From positions 75,516,001 through 75,580,000 of the forward strand of contig NC_043002.1 of NCBI RefSeq assembly GCF_006345805.1: a stretch of DNA of 64,000 nt. The letters run 5' to 3'. The notes beneath the pieces were generated by a model. The model was not told the origin of the DNA and made no database searches. It worked only from the letters and a program-made list of their open reading frames with translations. This stretch comes from Octopus sinensis. Taxonomy: Eukaryota. The position numbers and the translations under genes were made by a program. Positions 24,132 through 37,734 of this stretch are shown here, in pieces (position 1 is the stretch's first letter; each line of letters opens with the position of its first letter).

Positions 24132-24871
24132 TGTTTTTTTTATTTTTGTCTTCATTTCTTTTGAGAGTTTTTATAATACTTTTTATTTCCCCCCTTACCT
24201 CGTTCAAGTCTGTACACACTCTCCACCGCCGCTACCACAGCTTTTATAGTGCTCGCCCAGGACACTCCCACCTTTCTCTGTAAACTCTTCTTTCTGTCTC
24301 TATCTCTATCTACTTATTTATCTCTCCCTATCGCTTTCCACCTTTCTGCTTGTCAAGCAGGCGATGGTGGTCCCGCCCACTTAGTTTTTCTCTTTTATTT
24401 TTCATCCTTCCCCCTCTTCCCTCCTCATCACCGTCAGTTTCTGATTGTCACTTTCGACCCACCTGCCCACCCCAGTCAATTTTGTCCCCACCACCTCCAT
24501 CGCCACTATTCACTCTCTCATCTCCACCTTATTTGCATTTCCACTTTACTTTCCCATCGCTCTTTCTCTCTTTCTTCCCCCTCTCTCTCAATTCTGTTTT
24601 CTTTCTCTTTATCACCGCCATGTAGTTCTTTACCCTTTCTTCCCTTATAGCCTTAGCTTATCTCTATGCTATCAATCGTCACTCTCACCTTATCAATCTC
24701 TCCTTCACATATCTCTATCGCTCCCCTCTGTCTTTTATATATCTCTCTCTCTCTCTACTCTGTTTCTCACACTTTCTTCTCTTCTCACGTTTCACCCCGT
24801 CACTCTCTATCTAAACAATACTCTTTATTCAAGCTTTTCACGTCGTTCTTTTTTTCTTTTCTCTTCGTACT

Positions 24872-24910
<39 letters not shown>

Positions 24911-24951
24911 CTACGCTGTATTATATCCTCGTTATATACATACACACACAC

Positions 24952-25018
<67 letters not shown>

Positions 25019-25119
25019 CGCTGTTTCACCATGTTTTCCCTCTACACACACATACACGCTCTGTCTATCTCTCTATATATATCTCTCTTTCTCTCGCTCT
25101 CTCTCCTCTCTCATAACAC

Positions 25120-25201
25120 CTGGTTTATCATTAAGACTGGCTGCAATTTTGATCAAGTTAAGGTTGTTTATTTTCAGAAGATTCTCTGATTCGTCATGCA
25201 T
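25120..25201 (-). CDS. Candidate first coding exon (MHDESENLLKINNLNLIKIAASLNDKP+G)
   Basis: First ATG (context AAC ATG) after a putative Inr TCAGTC (25403-25398) and AGCCAATCA (25457-25449); donor CAG|GTGTTA is weak. Confidence 0.25.
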
Positions 25202-26800
25202 GTTAAATCTTTTTCCTTCTCTCTCAGATAGAATAAGGAATACAAGAGAAAGATATGTCGAGATAGAGAGAGAGAGAGAGAGAGCGGTACTGGCTGGCGG
25301 TGTTGATACTGCTGTTGATACTCAGATCGGTGACGGCGCGACGGCGATGGTGGTGGTGGTGGTGGTGATGGTAGGTAGATGGATGTGGAAGAGGTCAGAC
25401 TGAGAGACTGTGTTATTAAACATTACTCGCAATCTTATTAGCAGTAGTTGATTGGCTAGGCCTTTTATTTATTTATTTTATTTTATTTTATTTTATGCTA
25501 GCGGATGAGGTGGTGGTGGTGGTGGTGGTGGCGGCGGTGTTGGTGGAAGCTGATGATGATAGTTTAGTGGTGGAGTGTGGAGTAGCGAGAGAAAGAGTGG
25601 GCGGGTGTGTGTGTGAGAGGGAGATATTGAGAGGCGACCAGGCGTGCATTCCATGGTCAGTGACGGGTGAGATGACTGACAACCTGCCCAGGGGGTCAGG
25701 AGGGCTTGGAAAATTGGCGGTGCAAATATCTTTGTGGAGGAGGAGGAGGAGGAAGAGAGAGGGAGAGAGAAAAAAAAACTAAGTGTTACATAAAGAAATG
25801 AATATAAAAAAGTACTTAATGTTGATGTTGACGACGACGATGATGATGGTGGTGGTGGAGGCGGCGGTGGTACTGATAATTATGTTGGCGGTGGTGGTGG
25901 TCATGCTGACGATTATGTTGGTGGTGGTGATGGTGGTAGTGATGGTGCTGATTGCGCTTGTTGTTGTTGTTTGTATAGTGATGCTGGTTGTTGTGTCTGA
26001 TAGCAGCGGTGTTGGTGGTGGTTGTGTGGTGAAGCAGCGATAGTTATTGTAGTGGTTACTATTTGTTGTATATGATAGTGGCGGTGATGGTGGAGTGTCG
26101 TGGATGGATATGTAGAGGAAAATAGTGCGGAGAGGAAGATAGATAGATAGAGCTGGAGATAGATAGATAGATAGTGGTTGGGTGACAGGTTTATTTTAAA
26201 AGTATAGGGTGTATAAGAGATGAGGCAGTGTGTGTGTGCGCGCGCGCGCGCGGTGGGAGAGGGGAAATCGGCTAGAATTTGAGCAGTAGTGGCGGCAGGG
26301 GTGGTGGTGGTGGTGGTTTAAGGGCTTTGAAGGGTCTCTCTTACTCAATCGTAAGGAGGATGTTGTGTGATGCGGGGGAGCGGACGGGAGGTGATATAGT
26401 CTGGTTGCTACTGTTTAGGTGGTGCTGGATTGGTGGTGGTGGAGTTGTTGATGATGATGATGATGACTTTGATGGTGGTGGTGGTGGTGAGAGATGAGGA
26501 GTGGACTGTAGAAGTAGAGGAGGTGGGGGAGGGAAGAAGAGAGCTGAAGTGGCTGGTGGTGGTGGTGGTGGTGGTGGTGGTTGTGAAGGAAATGAATTTG
26601 GAAACCGGCCTGATATGTTTCTCTATTACCCCTCACTCTTCATCCACTCCCCTCTTTCTCTCTCTTTCACTGTCCAATTAATTACACACACACACACACA
26701 CGCGCGCGCAATCATTCATTTATTCACACACATTATGTGCAACATATACAAACATTGCACCTTAAAAGCATCACCATCAACACAGGCACACACACACACG

Positions 26801-26835
<35 letters not shown>

Positions 26836-27043
26836 CACACGTGTAAAAGACACCAGTACACACAAACACTCCACCCTCTCACCACACGCACACACGATCA
26901 ACATATACACTCACAAATATTACACCCTCACCACACACACACTCACTCACACACACACACCATACATTACACCAATCAACCGACCACAAAACTTAATGCT
27001 TGGCAAACCTAACTGCTAAATTGCTTGTCTCACACATCTTTTC

Positions 27044-27085
<42 letters not shown>

Positions 27086-27268
27086 TTATTATTATTATTT
27101 GGTTTGTTTGCTTTCGCTTTTTCTTTCTTGGAAATGGAATAAATAAAAGTAATTTAGAAGTGGGAGTGGGGAGTTGGAGAAATATAAATTATTTTTTTCA
27201 TCTTTATTATTAGTATTATTAGTGTTATTATTATCATTGTATATAATATATATACATTATATATATAT

Positions 27269-27303
<35 letters not shown>

Positions 27304-27656
27304 TGTATGTTATGTATGTATTAAAAAAATGCACGTACACACTTGGATATATAAGCAACAAAAACAAACAGGTGTGGGTGGGTGGTGGGGGTGTATATAT
27401 GCACGGGTGGTGGGGTTGGGTGTCACCTAACAAATCCGAAATCTATTTTCCGTTTTGCAAGAAATGGGGTGGGGTGGTGGAGGCGGTGGGTGGGCGAACA
27501 AAATCCACCTGCTGTGTGTGTGTGTGGTATATATAGTTAATTTTCACACACACACACACACACTTATTTTTCATAAATTGAATAAGAACCCTTTTTCCGA
27601 ACCGTCTCATATATACACATACGCACATACACACACATACGTCACACACACGTATG

Positions 27657-27691
<35 letters not shown>

Positions 27692-27749
27692 TTTATACAC
27701 ACTCACACGTTTTATACACACTCACACATGTATACACACACACATGTAT

Positions 27750-27780
<31 letters not shown>

Positions 27781-27939
27781 CACACACACACATGTATATA
27801 TATACACATATATATGTCTTCCTTGTCGCTGTATCTCTCATCATTTTCTGGGGCCATGTAATTCAGATTTAGTGGGTTAGTGGTGGTGGGCAATAATGTT
27901 GTTATAATTGTCCATTTCTTTATCTATTTGCTTTCTCCT

Positions 27940-27984
<45 letters not shown>

Positions 27985-28414
27985 CCCTCTTCTCTTTGTA
28001 TATCTCTCTCCCCATCTTTCTGTCGCCCCTTTTCTCTCTTAGCCTCTCCTTCTTGTATATCACTCTCAATCTCTCTCAATTCCTGTTATTTCTTTCACTC
28101 GTTCCAGTCAGTGAACTGTGTCCATGCAAGGATACCATCATTTTCACTTAATTATATCACCAACTTCAGTACTTCTAATGGGGTTCTTTTCCCCACTTCA
28201 GCCTTGGAGGGTTGAACAGAGCATGTGAAAAGGAGGGAGAGGGTTGCATTACAAAATACTCTCACATGTGCACTTTTTTACCAACAAAAATTGTTGAATT
28301 TCCTCTCTCTCCCCACTTCCTTTACCTAAATCCTTTTTCCGCATCTGGCTATGGATTGGATTTTGATAGGTCACACAGCATTTTGCAATATAATCATTGT
28401 TATCATTCAACATT

Positions 28415-28850
28415 TACTTTTCCATGCTTACATGGGTTAGATGGAAATTCTTGTGGAAGATATTTTTGCCACTAACCTGTGCCAGTTTCCAAATAAGGTA
28501 ATAATAATACGTCCCCCATGAAAGACCGAAATGAACAGCGCCGTCTGTATGACAGCAATAGTGTAAAGACTATGAATGACCATGGGAGGCACAAGTCTGG
28601 GCAATGTTGTTTATGGAAGACCAACAGTCACCCATGTATACCAACCTTCTCTCTTCATGCCATCGATATTATCCTAGGGAAAGGCAAAAGCTGATACAGC
28701 TTGGCATCAGTGACATCACAACTCATTTCTACATCTGAGTGAACTGGAGCAATGTGAAATAAAGTGATTTGGTCAAGAACACGACACACAGCCTGGTCTG
28801 GGAATCGAACTCCCTACCTCATTATTGTGAGCCTGGTGCTCTAACCACTG
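28415..28850 (-). mobile_element. RTE-tail fragment plus tRNA-headed SINE
   Basis: TTTCCATGCTTACATGGGTTAGATGG at the start; reverse-complement tRNA-like head GGGAATCGAACTCC..CTAACCACTGAGCCA at the end. Confidence 0.6.
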
Positions 28851-28907
28851 AGCCATGAACTCATTCACAAATCATCACAAGTACACACACGCACACACAC
28901 ACACACG

Positions 28908-28958
<51 letters not shown>

Positions 28959-29789
28959 GCATACACACACTCACTCAGGCACACTGTTTCTGCCTATCAG
29001 ATTCACTCACATGATATGGGTCAACCTGCAGCCATAGAAGACACTCGCCTAAGGAGACTGAACCTGAGACCATGCTTTTAGGAAACAAGCTTCTTAATCA
29101 CACAGCCACACCTATGTCTACACACACACACACACACCACCAATTTCCTACATGTCTTGCTTTGAGATAATGTTAACATTAATTGTCGCTACTATCATCT
29201 TCATTGTCTGCCTCCAACTCACCTCCTGATCAAACACTACAATCAAACATGTTCCACGCATGGCAATCTTATCTTTTTTTTATATATATTTCTTTTTTCA
29301 TTTAAAAACAAAATTGTCTTAAAATTAATGTATCCCAGATTAATACTTTATCCAAAACCAGTGAGTGCATCCTTTCATTTTTTTTCTTTGCTTTGTTTTG
29401 AATAAAGTATGATTTGAGGGAGATTTGGCTGCTGTTTCTAGCGGGTCTAGTGACTGCTCAACCTGTACCTACCCTTCTTGGCTCATTGGTTAACGGCATT
29501 TGCTAAACCCATTATTGTTAGCAGGTGAAGCATTAAAGTAATACAACATAAAACAAAGTAGATAGCAATCTTATGTTGCAGTTGTTTCCCATCAGACTGT
29601 ATTCCTCTCCTTCTAGTGCTTCATGGGAAGAAATTACCATTATTGTTGTTGGTTATAGTCAAGTCCAGCATCATGGAGATGTCAGTGGGAGGGGTTTTTG
29701 TCTCTGTTTTCCATAGAGACTCTACTGTGGTTCACCCCTACTGTTTCTGTATCCTGCTACCACAAAGCTAATAAACCAGCCAGTATTAG

Positions 29790-30090
29790 ACCTTCTACAA
29801 TGGTGGGTCTCAGCTATTTTTCATCTATGGACTCTTTTGATTACTATTCAAATCTGGTGGAAACCCACCCCTGCCACTGGAGCCACTTGATATTTAAAAA
29901 CTAGCTTTGTAGATATATATATGTCTTTGAAAACTCTTGTATTGTTTTACACATGTTCACTTGTGTGGGATTTGCAATAGCACTCTCTAAGAGAATATGT
30001 TTCAGTGGTCGGAAACGTGTAAAATGTTGAAGAAGTTGCTGTTTCTTGCAATTAATACATATAGAAGCAAAATTTATTCATGGACCCAAA
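29790..30090. mobile_element. Partial hAT-like MITE (same family as 1268-1770), interrupted by the LINE
   Basis: Shares TTTAAAAACTAG..TAGCACTCTCTAAGAGAA.ATGTTTCAGTGG..GGAAAC with the first copy. Confidence 0.65.
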
Positions 30091-30094
30091 TAGG

Positions 30095-31832
30095 GGAATG
30101 AGTACAGCGCAGAATTCATAGTACAAGTAGGGGTTTACCAAGGATCGGTCCTCAGCCCCCACTTGTTCATCATAGTCCTCCCGGCAATAACAGAGAAATT
30201 TAAGACAGGCTGCTCCTAGGAGCTCCTCTTTGCTGATGACCTTCCACTTATAGCTGAATCACTACCAAAACTAGAAAAGTTCCAGGTATGGAAGCAAGGT
30301 CTAGGATTGAAGGGCCTTAGAGTTAACCTTGCAAAAACCAAAGTCATAGTAAGTAGGGAGGCAGACAAATCACAAATCTCTTCAGGTAGATGGCCCTGCT
30401 CAATCTATAGAAAAGGCATAAGTAGAAACTCCATAAGATGCATCCAGTGTAAGCTTTGGACATATAAAAAGTGCGGTAATATCAGAGGAAACTTAACAGG
30501 AAAAGTAGCTTTTGTATGTGGAAAATGCACAGGTACATTAAACCCTGAAAATGTACAGAAAATAGACTCCATCAACTGCCAGCTGGGTAAGCTAGAGGTA
30601 ATAGATAGCTTCCATTATCTTGGTGGCCTAGTTAGTAGTGGAGGTGGATGCTCTGAGAGTGTAGCTGTGCGAATAAGATTAGGCTGGGCAAAGTTTAGAG
30701 AGTTCATACCACTGCAGGCAACAAAGGGCCTCTCTCTTTCACAGAATGAAAGGCAGATTGTATGATGCTTGTGTGCTACATGGCAGTGAAACATGGGCTG
30801 TGACAGCTGAGGACATGCATAGGCTTGAAAGAAATGAAGCCAGTCTGCTTCGCTGGATGTGCAGTGTCAGTGTGCATGTTCAATGAGGTATAAGGGGCAT
30901 CAGCTGTGGTGTGTAAGAGAGACGACTGCTCTGGTATGATCATGTGATGCGTATGAATGAGGATAGCTGTGTAAAGAAATGCGATCTCTGTGAAGGGAAT
31001 CTGTGGTAGAGGTAGACCCAGGAAGATATGGGACGAGGTGGTGAAGGGCCTCACAGAGGTAATGTTTAGTGACCGAGACCTTTGGTGATATGCTGTGCTT
31101 GAGAAGACCTGTCAAGCCGAGTGAAATCACAGTCATGGTTGATGCTGGTGTTGTGTAACTAGCACCTGTGCTGGTGGCACATAAAAAGCACCTTTCGAGC
31201 TTTGGGCCTCACTGAGGCAATGACCAAGACCGTTGAATCACCTTTTAAGTATTAGGCCTCATGGAAGCAAAGTGGCTGAGCTCCTTTTGAGTGTTGGGCC
31301 TCTCAGAGGCAATGACTGAGACCTTTGACATTATGTCATGCTTCAGACGAAGACCCTTCAAGCTGAGCAAAATTGCAGCCATGGCAGATATAGACCTCAT
31401 GGAGGCAATGACTGGGACCTTTGAAGTACATTTTGAGTGTTGGGCTTCATGAAGGTAAAGTGGATGAGCTCCTTTTGAGTGTTGGGTCTCATGGAGGCAA
31501 TGACCAGGACCTTTGGCTCGAGTGTTTGGCCTCATGGAGGCAATGACCAAGACCTTTGGCATTATGTTGTGCTTGAGAAGAAGACCCATCAAGCTGAGCA
31601 AAATCAGTCATGGCAGATACTGGTGTCACACAAATGGCACCCATGCTGGTGGCATATAAAAGCACCCATTACACTCTTGGAGTGGTTGGTGTTAGGAAGG
31701 ACATCCAACTGTAGAAACCATGCCAAATCAGACTGGAGTCTGGTGCAGCCTTCCAGCTTGCCAGCCTTGGTCAAACTGTCCAACTCATGCCAGTATGGAT
31801 AATTGGCAGTAAATGATGGTGATGATGATGAT
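30095..31832 (+). mobile_element. 5'-truncated, decayed RTE-clade non-LTR retrotransposon (RT C-terminal half, 3' UTR and tail)
   Basis: Translation gives GVYQGSVLSPHLF, ELLFADDL, GLRVNLAKTKV, a Cys-rich insert, IDSFHYLG, LRWMC and GRPRKIWDEVV, with stops and frameshifts; tandemly repeated 3' UTR at ~31190-31620; (GAT)n tail. Confidence 0.9.
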
Positions 31833-32653
31833 TACTTTATGAAATGTGATGCTTATTTAATCACACTGCTTTTAATTAATCATTGCATTTCCTCATAGCT
31901 TTGAGATTTCAATGATGTGATTGTATATTTTTAGATTGACATTGTAGGATAGGTGTGAGAGGCTGGATCTGGCTGGTTTGAACATAAAATCAATAGATTC
32001 CAGACAAAGAGAATGGAATAGTCATGGCTGGAATGTATTTGCTGGATAGGTCATCTGTTTGATTGGGATTGGTCTGGGTCTAGATAGTCACAACAAGCAA
32101 AGTTTATTCTGTAGTGAATGTACCAGTCTTACCATTGGTCCTCATGTATCTGACTGATTATCCAACTGTCTGTCAGTTCCTCAGGTTATCTACCTGTCTG
32201 GTTGTCAGTACATCTGATACCCTGTCTGTCTATTTGTCTCACCATCTGACCTCTTCTATACCTGTCTGACAGTCTGTCCATCGAACCACTTGTCTGTTCA
32301 TCTGTCAGTCATTCTGGCCATCTGTCTATCTGTCTGTCCATCAAACTGGCTGTCTGTTTGTCTAACTATTCATCAAACCAATTCTCTCTCTCTCTCTGAC
32401 CATATGCCTGTTGGTCACTCTATCCATTTGACCATCCGGCTGCCTATTTGTCCATCTGCTGTCCATCAACTTTGTTTTTCATCCTTTTTTTGGGTGGGTG
32501 GGGTTTCAATGAAATAAGTACCAGTGAAGTACTGGGGTCAATGTACTTGGCTTCCCCCTCCCCTCAAACTGCTGGTCCTATCCCAAAATTTGAAACCATC
32601 ATTATTATCCTTATGCCTTCTTCAGAAGATATCTGCTACTGCTGCTGCTGCTG

Positions 32654-32685
<32 letters not shown>

Positions 32686-34125
32686 GTTACTACTAAACCC
32701 CACCAACACCACCACCACCACCACCTTACAACTACTAACTACCACCACCATCATGACTACTAGACCTAAAAACAAATCCACTGATATTCCACCTGCATCA
32801 CCTCTTTTCACTGCACTGCAAAAAATATCCAAGACCTTATAGACTTGGCTAAGATATCTTCATAGTTATTGTTGGAGAGAGAGAGAGAGAGAAACTGAGT
32901 GACAATGTAAAACTCTCTTTCTGTCTCTTTCTGTCTCTCTCTCTCTCTCTTTCTAACACACACACACACATTCATCCATGTGATACACATACACACACAT
33001 GATGAAAGATTCTAAGGAAGGAGTCCGTGTCTCTCTGTCTGTATCTATCTCTATCTCTCTGTACTTCTCTTTTTGCCATATTTGATGCTACATCATGGAC
33101 CAGTTACTGCTGTGACCTGCTGCTATCTTATTCAAAATCTTCAGTCTACATGTACATGCACACACAACCCAAGTACACACACACACACACACACACACGC
33201 ATTTATAGACAGTCACTGATATACTTGCTTTTTATATATACTATGTTTATTATTCACTCTTGTTTCTATCACATACACATATATATGTTTGCTAAACACA
33301 CACACATATAGATAGATACATATGTATATGTGTGTATACATATATATGTATATATGTATATATAGTATAGATATGTGTGGGTGTGTATATATATATATAT
33401 ATGATGTATATATATATGTGTATATATATATATGATGTGTATATTTGTGTGAATATGTGTATATGTGTGTGTGTATATATATATACACACATACACGTAT
33501 ACATATATGTATACACACACACACATTTGTTTTTGTGATTTCTTTCTTATGGATGAGATTATTAGCTTTTCTCCCGCATATCTTATGTCTAATCCATCTT
33601 TTCTTGTGCTTGCGCATGTGTGTGTGTGTGTGTACATGTATGTATGTGTGTTTGTGTGTACATGTATGTGTGTGTGTGTGTGCACACTTCTTAGATTAAA
33701 TATCTCCTTTATTTTTCCCACCTATTATTGTGACCCCTGTCATGACACTGGAAGGGATTTTTAACATCCAGACTCTTTCTTGCTTACACAATCACACGTC
33801 TACATACAGACACACACACACACATGCGGGCCTATTCCAATTGTTTTTTTAAATTTTTTTTTTTACTTTCTAATATTTATCACCCTCTGCTTCTCCCATG
33901 ACACCCACTCTCACGACCCTCCCCTTAGCAAGACCCCCCCCCTCTCCTTTTTTCCTTTACAGTCATTTATCTTTTATACCATTCATTTCTTCATTGCACA
34001 ATCCATGCTATCAACTCTAAGAACCTTCATTTTCCTCTGAATTTCCTTGTCTTTCTTTTTAATCTTCCAGACTTTCCATTTCTGATAACTTCCACTACAG
34101 ACATGCTATAATTTCTAGTTGCTGC

Positions 34126-34157
<32 letters not shown>

Positions 34158-34407
34158 TTGTGGTGGTGGTGGTGGTAATTGTTTGTTTACTGTTGTTGTT
34201 TCCTGATTTTGAATACTTACTTTATTTGTTTATTTATATTTATGCGTGTGTGTGTGTGTGTGTATTGAATTTGATGAAGTTACTTTGTGATTAGTTATTT
34301 ATTGACTGACTGAACAGCTAATATACCTTTTGAAGATAACACTCACTCACTCAGTCACTCACTCACTTCTATCATTTCATTCACTCCTACTTTCTAACAT
34401 CACTTCT

Positions 34408-34444
<37 letters not shown>

Positions 34445-34994
34445 CCCACCCCTATCTGTTCCTACACCTTCGCTACTTACTTCTGTGGCAATTTCTCATG
34501 CAGCTAATTACAAACTGGAAGAGTTGATGTCTGTTTGTATTGAAACCTTGCCCACATACATTAATTACATGTTGCCCTTGATCACGGCACAATTTACTTT
34601 CACACAAACACACACACACACACACACACATTTCCCCATTCCAAGTATGCAGTGAGTACCTACCCCTCTCATTTTACACTCCAGCGGTTTCCGTTAGTTA
34701 GCTGTGACTATTTACGCACTCATCTGTCCATTCATCCATTCAACTAAATGATCTCCAGAATAAATCTTTGGAACTTTCCAACTGTTTCACTTGGCGGCAT
34801 TATCTGGTTTCATCAACTTTGAAACATGTGTAAGGTATGTTTGTGTGTGTGTGTATGTTGTTGTTGTTGTAGCAGCTCCAGATTGGAATAGACCTATGAT
34901 CAAAGGCATTCCAACCATGGCTATCCTGTCTCTCTCTCTCTCTTTCTCTCCCTCCCCCAAGACAAATGTTTCTGATGCTAATTATCTCCCACAT

Positions 34995-35640
34995 TTCCTA
35001 ATTCAGCAAGTACAGTCATTGCTGTGTGGGTAAGTAGTTTGTTTCCCAGCCATGTGATTTCAGGTTCAGTCCCACTGTGTGGCACTTTAAGCAAGTTTTT
35101 TTTTCTTTAATAATTGACTCAGGTTGACCAAAACCTTGTGATTGGATTTGGTTGATGAAAACTGAAACAAGCCCTGTGCGTGTGTGTACGTGTGTGTACA
35201 TATATTTGTCTTGTCATTGCACAGCAGTTGTACTCAAACACCACCATCATACAAGCAGTGTTGCTTGTTTCAAATCAGCTATGCAAATATTCGTGGCCAT
35301 AGAGAAATGTTACTTTGCTTGGCAGCAAGTGAGGGTTGACAAGAAGGGCATTGGTAGGCGAGCTGGCAGAAACATTAGCACGCCAGGCGAAATGCTTAGC
35401 GGTATTTCATCTGCTGCTACGTTCTGAGTTCAAATTCTGCCGAGGTCGACTTTGCCTTTCATCCTTTCAGGGTCGATCAAATAAGTACCAGTTATGCACT
35501 GGGGTCGATATAATCGACTTGATCTGTTTGTTTGTCCTTGTTTGTCCTTTCTGTGTTTAGTCCCTTGTGGGTAGTAAAGAAATAGGTATTTTGTCTGCCA
35601 TTATGTTCTAAGTTCAAATTCTGCCGAGTTTCACTTTGGA
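34995..35640 (+). mobile_element. SINE family A (RTE-tail variant) followed by SINE family B
   Basis: GCTGTGTGGGTAAGTAG head at ~35020; family B GGCGAGCTGGCAGAAAC from ~35357. Confidence 0.8.
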
Positions 35641-35859
35641 AATGGTTTACTTTTCAGCAAAAAAGAACTCTGCTTATTACAGTTTCACTCCAGCCTATCA
35701 ACCATGTATAACAGTTATACAGCTCTTTCATTTCATGCTCACCTACAAAGCCACCTCCTCACCTCTTTACCAAGTTCTTTCAAGAATTTTCCTGTTTGTG
35801 GTGGGGGTTTTTTTCACTTGAAAAGAATTCTGGATTTTCAAATTATCTTCTTTTTTTTT

Positions 35860-36325
35860 TTACCCACTTGTTTCAGCCATTGGACTATAGAGCCATGCTG
35901 GGTTGCCATCTTCAAGGGTTTAGTCAGACATATCAGACTAACACCACCACCACCAGTACTTAGGTTCTTTTCAACTTTGATATTCTGTTGGGTTCTCTTA
36001 CCAGACTGTCAAGTTAGGGGGGACATAGACAAACCAACACCAGTTGTCAAGTGGTGGGGGAGGGACAAACACTAAGAGACACATACACCCACAAACATAC
36101 ATATGTACATACACAAACATGCACACATACATCCATATATGCATCCACTAACACACTTACACATACACTACATACATATATACATATGCTAACACACATG
36201 CACACAAGTTTCCTTCTAACAACTTCCCTCACTGGGCTAGGAGCTATAGTAAAAGTGCTGCACAGTAGGACTGAACCTGAGACTATATGGTTGCAAATTG
36301 AGCTTGCTTACTGTGCAGCCATACC
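35860..36325 (-). mobile_element. SINE family A, CpG-decayed
   Basis: ACTTGTTTCAGCCATTGG..CCAGTTGTCAAG..GGACTGAACCTGAGAC. Confidence 0.7.
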
Positions 36326-36874
36326 TGTGTCTTTGTCTGAATATCTGATAAAGGATTATATTTAATTCATGAGTTTTTATCTACATCTACGCTACATTTC
36401 AATCAGTTTGACCGCTGATCACTATCAAGGGTTTTACTTTTGTATATTGATCGTAGAATTAGACTGGATTTGAACTATAAACCATTATTTTAAAACATTA
36501 TATCTAAACTGTTTTATAACATTCTTATTCGCTAGTCTGCTGATGCATGTATATTATTACCCTTTGTTTAGAGACAAAGTTCCTTAGTTCAAATCCGAGT
36601 CTGGGGTTTTGGTCAGACACTTAGAAGAATAAAATACCTGATGATCTTTGGAGATAGAATTGACTGAAACACTGAGTAAATGAACTAAATGTGGGAAATA
36701 TATTCATTGTAAAGATTATATTTTTTTTTAAATAGTAAATCATGTTGAAAATTTTGACATTTATATGTGATACTTCTGGGGGTAACATTCTGGAATGAAG
36801 TTCTAGCGGGGGAAGAAAAAAGTTCTAATGGTAGTGATGGGAAGTAGCTGTGAATGATAGATGATTATGTGTGC

Positions 36875-36913
<39 letters not shown>

Positions 36914-37274
36914 AAATAACAGATGTGTTATTTCAATCTCTTGAAAAGATGGTAGACAATAAGATGAAATGAAGTGAAGTGGTGTTAAAGCTATTATATT
37001 TTATTGCAGTAGAGTGTCATTCCTGGGCATGAAATTCATTTATCTATTTTGAACATTAGAGCCAGAGTGCAGCGTATATGACAACATATAGTCACTAGAA
37101 GACTAGAAGCAGTAGGTAAGATTTAATGAAGGTGGCATTGGGCAAGAGGGGCTCTGATTTGCCTGGGATTGGTTGGGAAATATTATAAGGAAAGGAGTGT
37201 GTTGGTGTGTGTTTTGAGATGATGGCATTGGAATTAGCTTTTTCTTTGTGTATGTGTTTGTAGGGAACTCTTAA

Positions 37275-37525
37275 CCTTTTTCACTGTGGAAATCAGATAT
37301 ATCCTCTCAAAATTCCATTGCCCTTAACTGTGGAAAGCAATTTTATACACCAATCTGTTTTTTGTTCAGGAATGTCATGTTTGAAACTATTTTCTTTTTT
37401 TTTGTGGAGAGATATCAAATTTATCGAGGCAATGTGACTTGCAGAAAATACAAATTCTAGTTTTTAGTAGATAGTTGACATTATTATTGGAATAACCATG
37501 AAATTTAATTTCCACAATCAAAGGG
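37275..37525. mobile_element. piggyBac-like MITE
   Basis: TTAA at 37271-37274 and 37526-37529; TIR CCTTTTTCACTGTGGAAAT / (rc) CCCTTTGATTGTGGAAAT. Confidence 0.7.
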
Positions 37526-37734
37526 TTAATCAAGGAATGTGTGCAGTGTAGCTAATTTATGGTTGTATGTCTTCTTTTCAAGTGTTTTCTATTGGTACTT
37601 ATACACTTAGGTTCCAAGATCTTTGTCTTAAGTGTTCTGAGATTATACAGAGTTGCTGCCTACTTAAACCTCTTTGAAATAAACGATCATTATTGTTTGC
37701 AGCAGTTGAGAGAGGCAAAGCTTATTCTGTAAGC

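Noticed and set aside
21934-25403. Longest ORFs in the track (277, 245, 223 and 205 aa)
   Set aside because: Stop-free frames produced by (TA), (CA), (CT) and poly-T repeats; the translations are YI/HT/LS runs with no domain.
37009-37120. Exon between TTTTATTGCAG and TAG|GTAAGA
   Set aside because: Stops in all three frames; could only be non-coding, and there is no further support.
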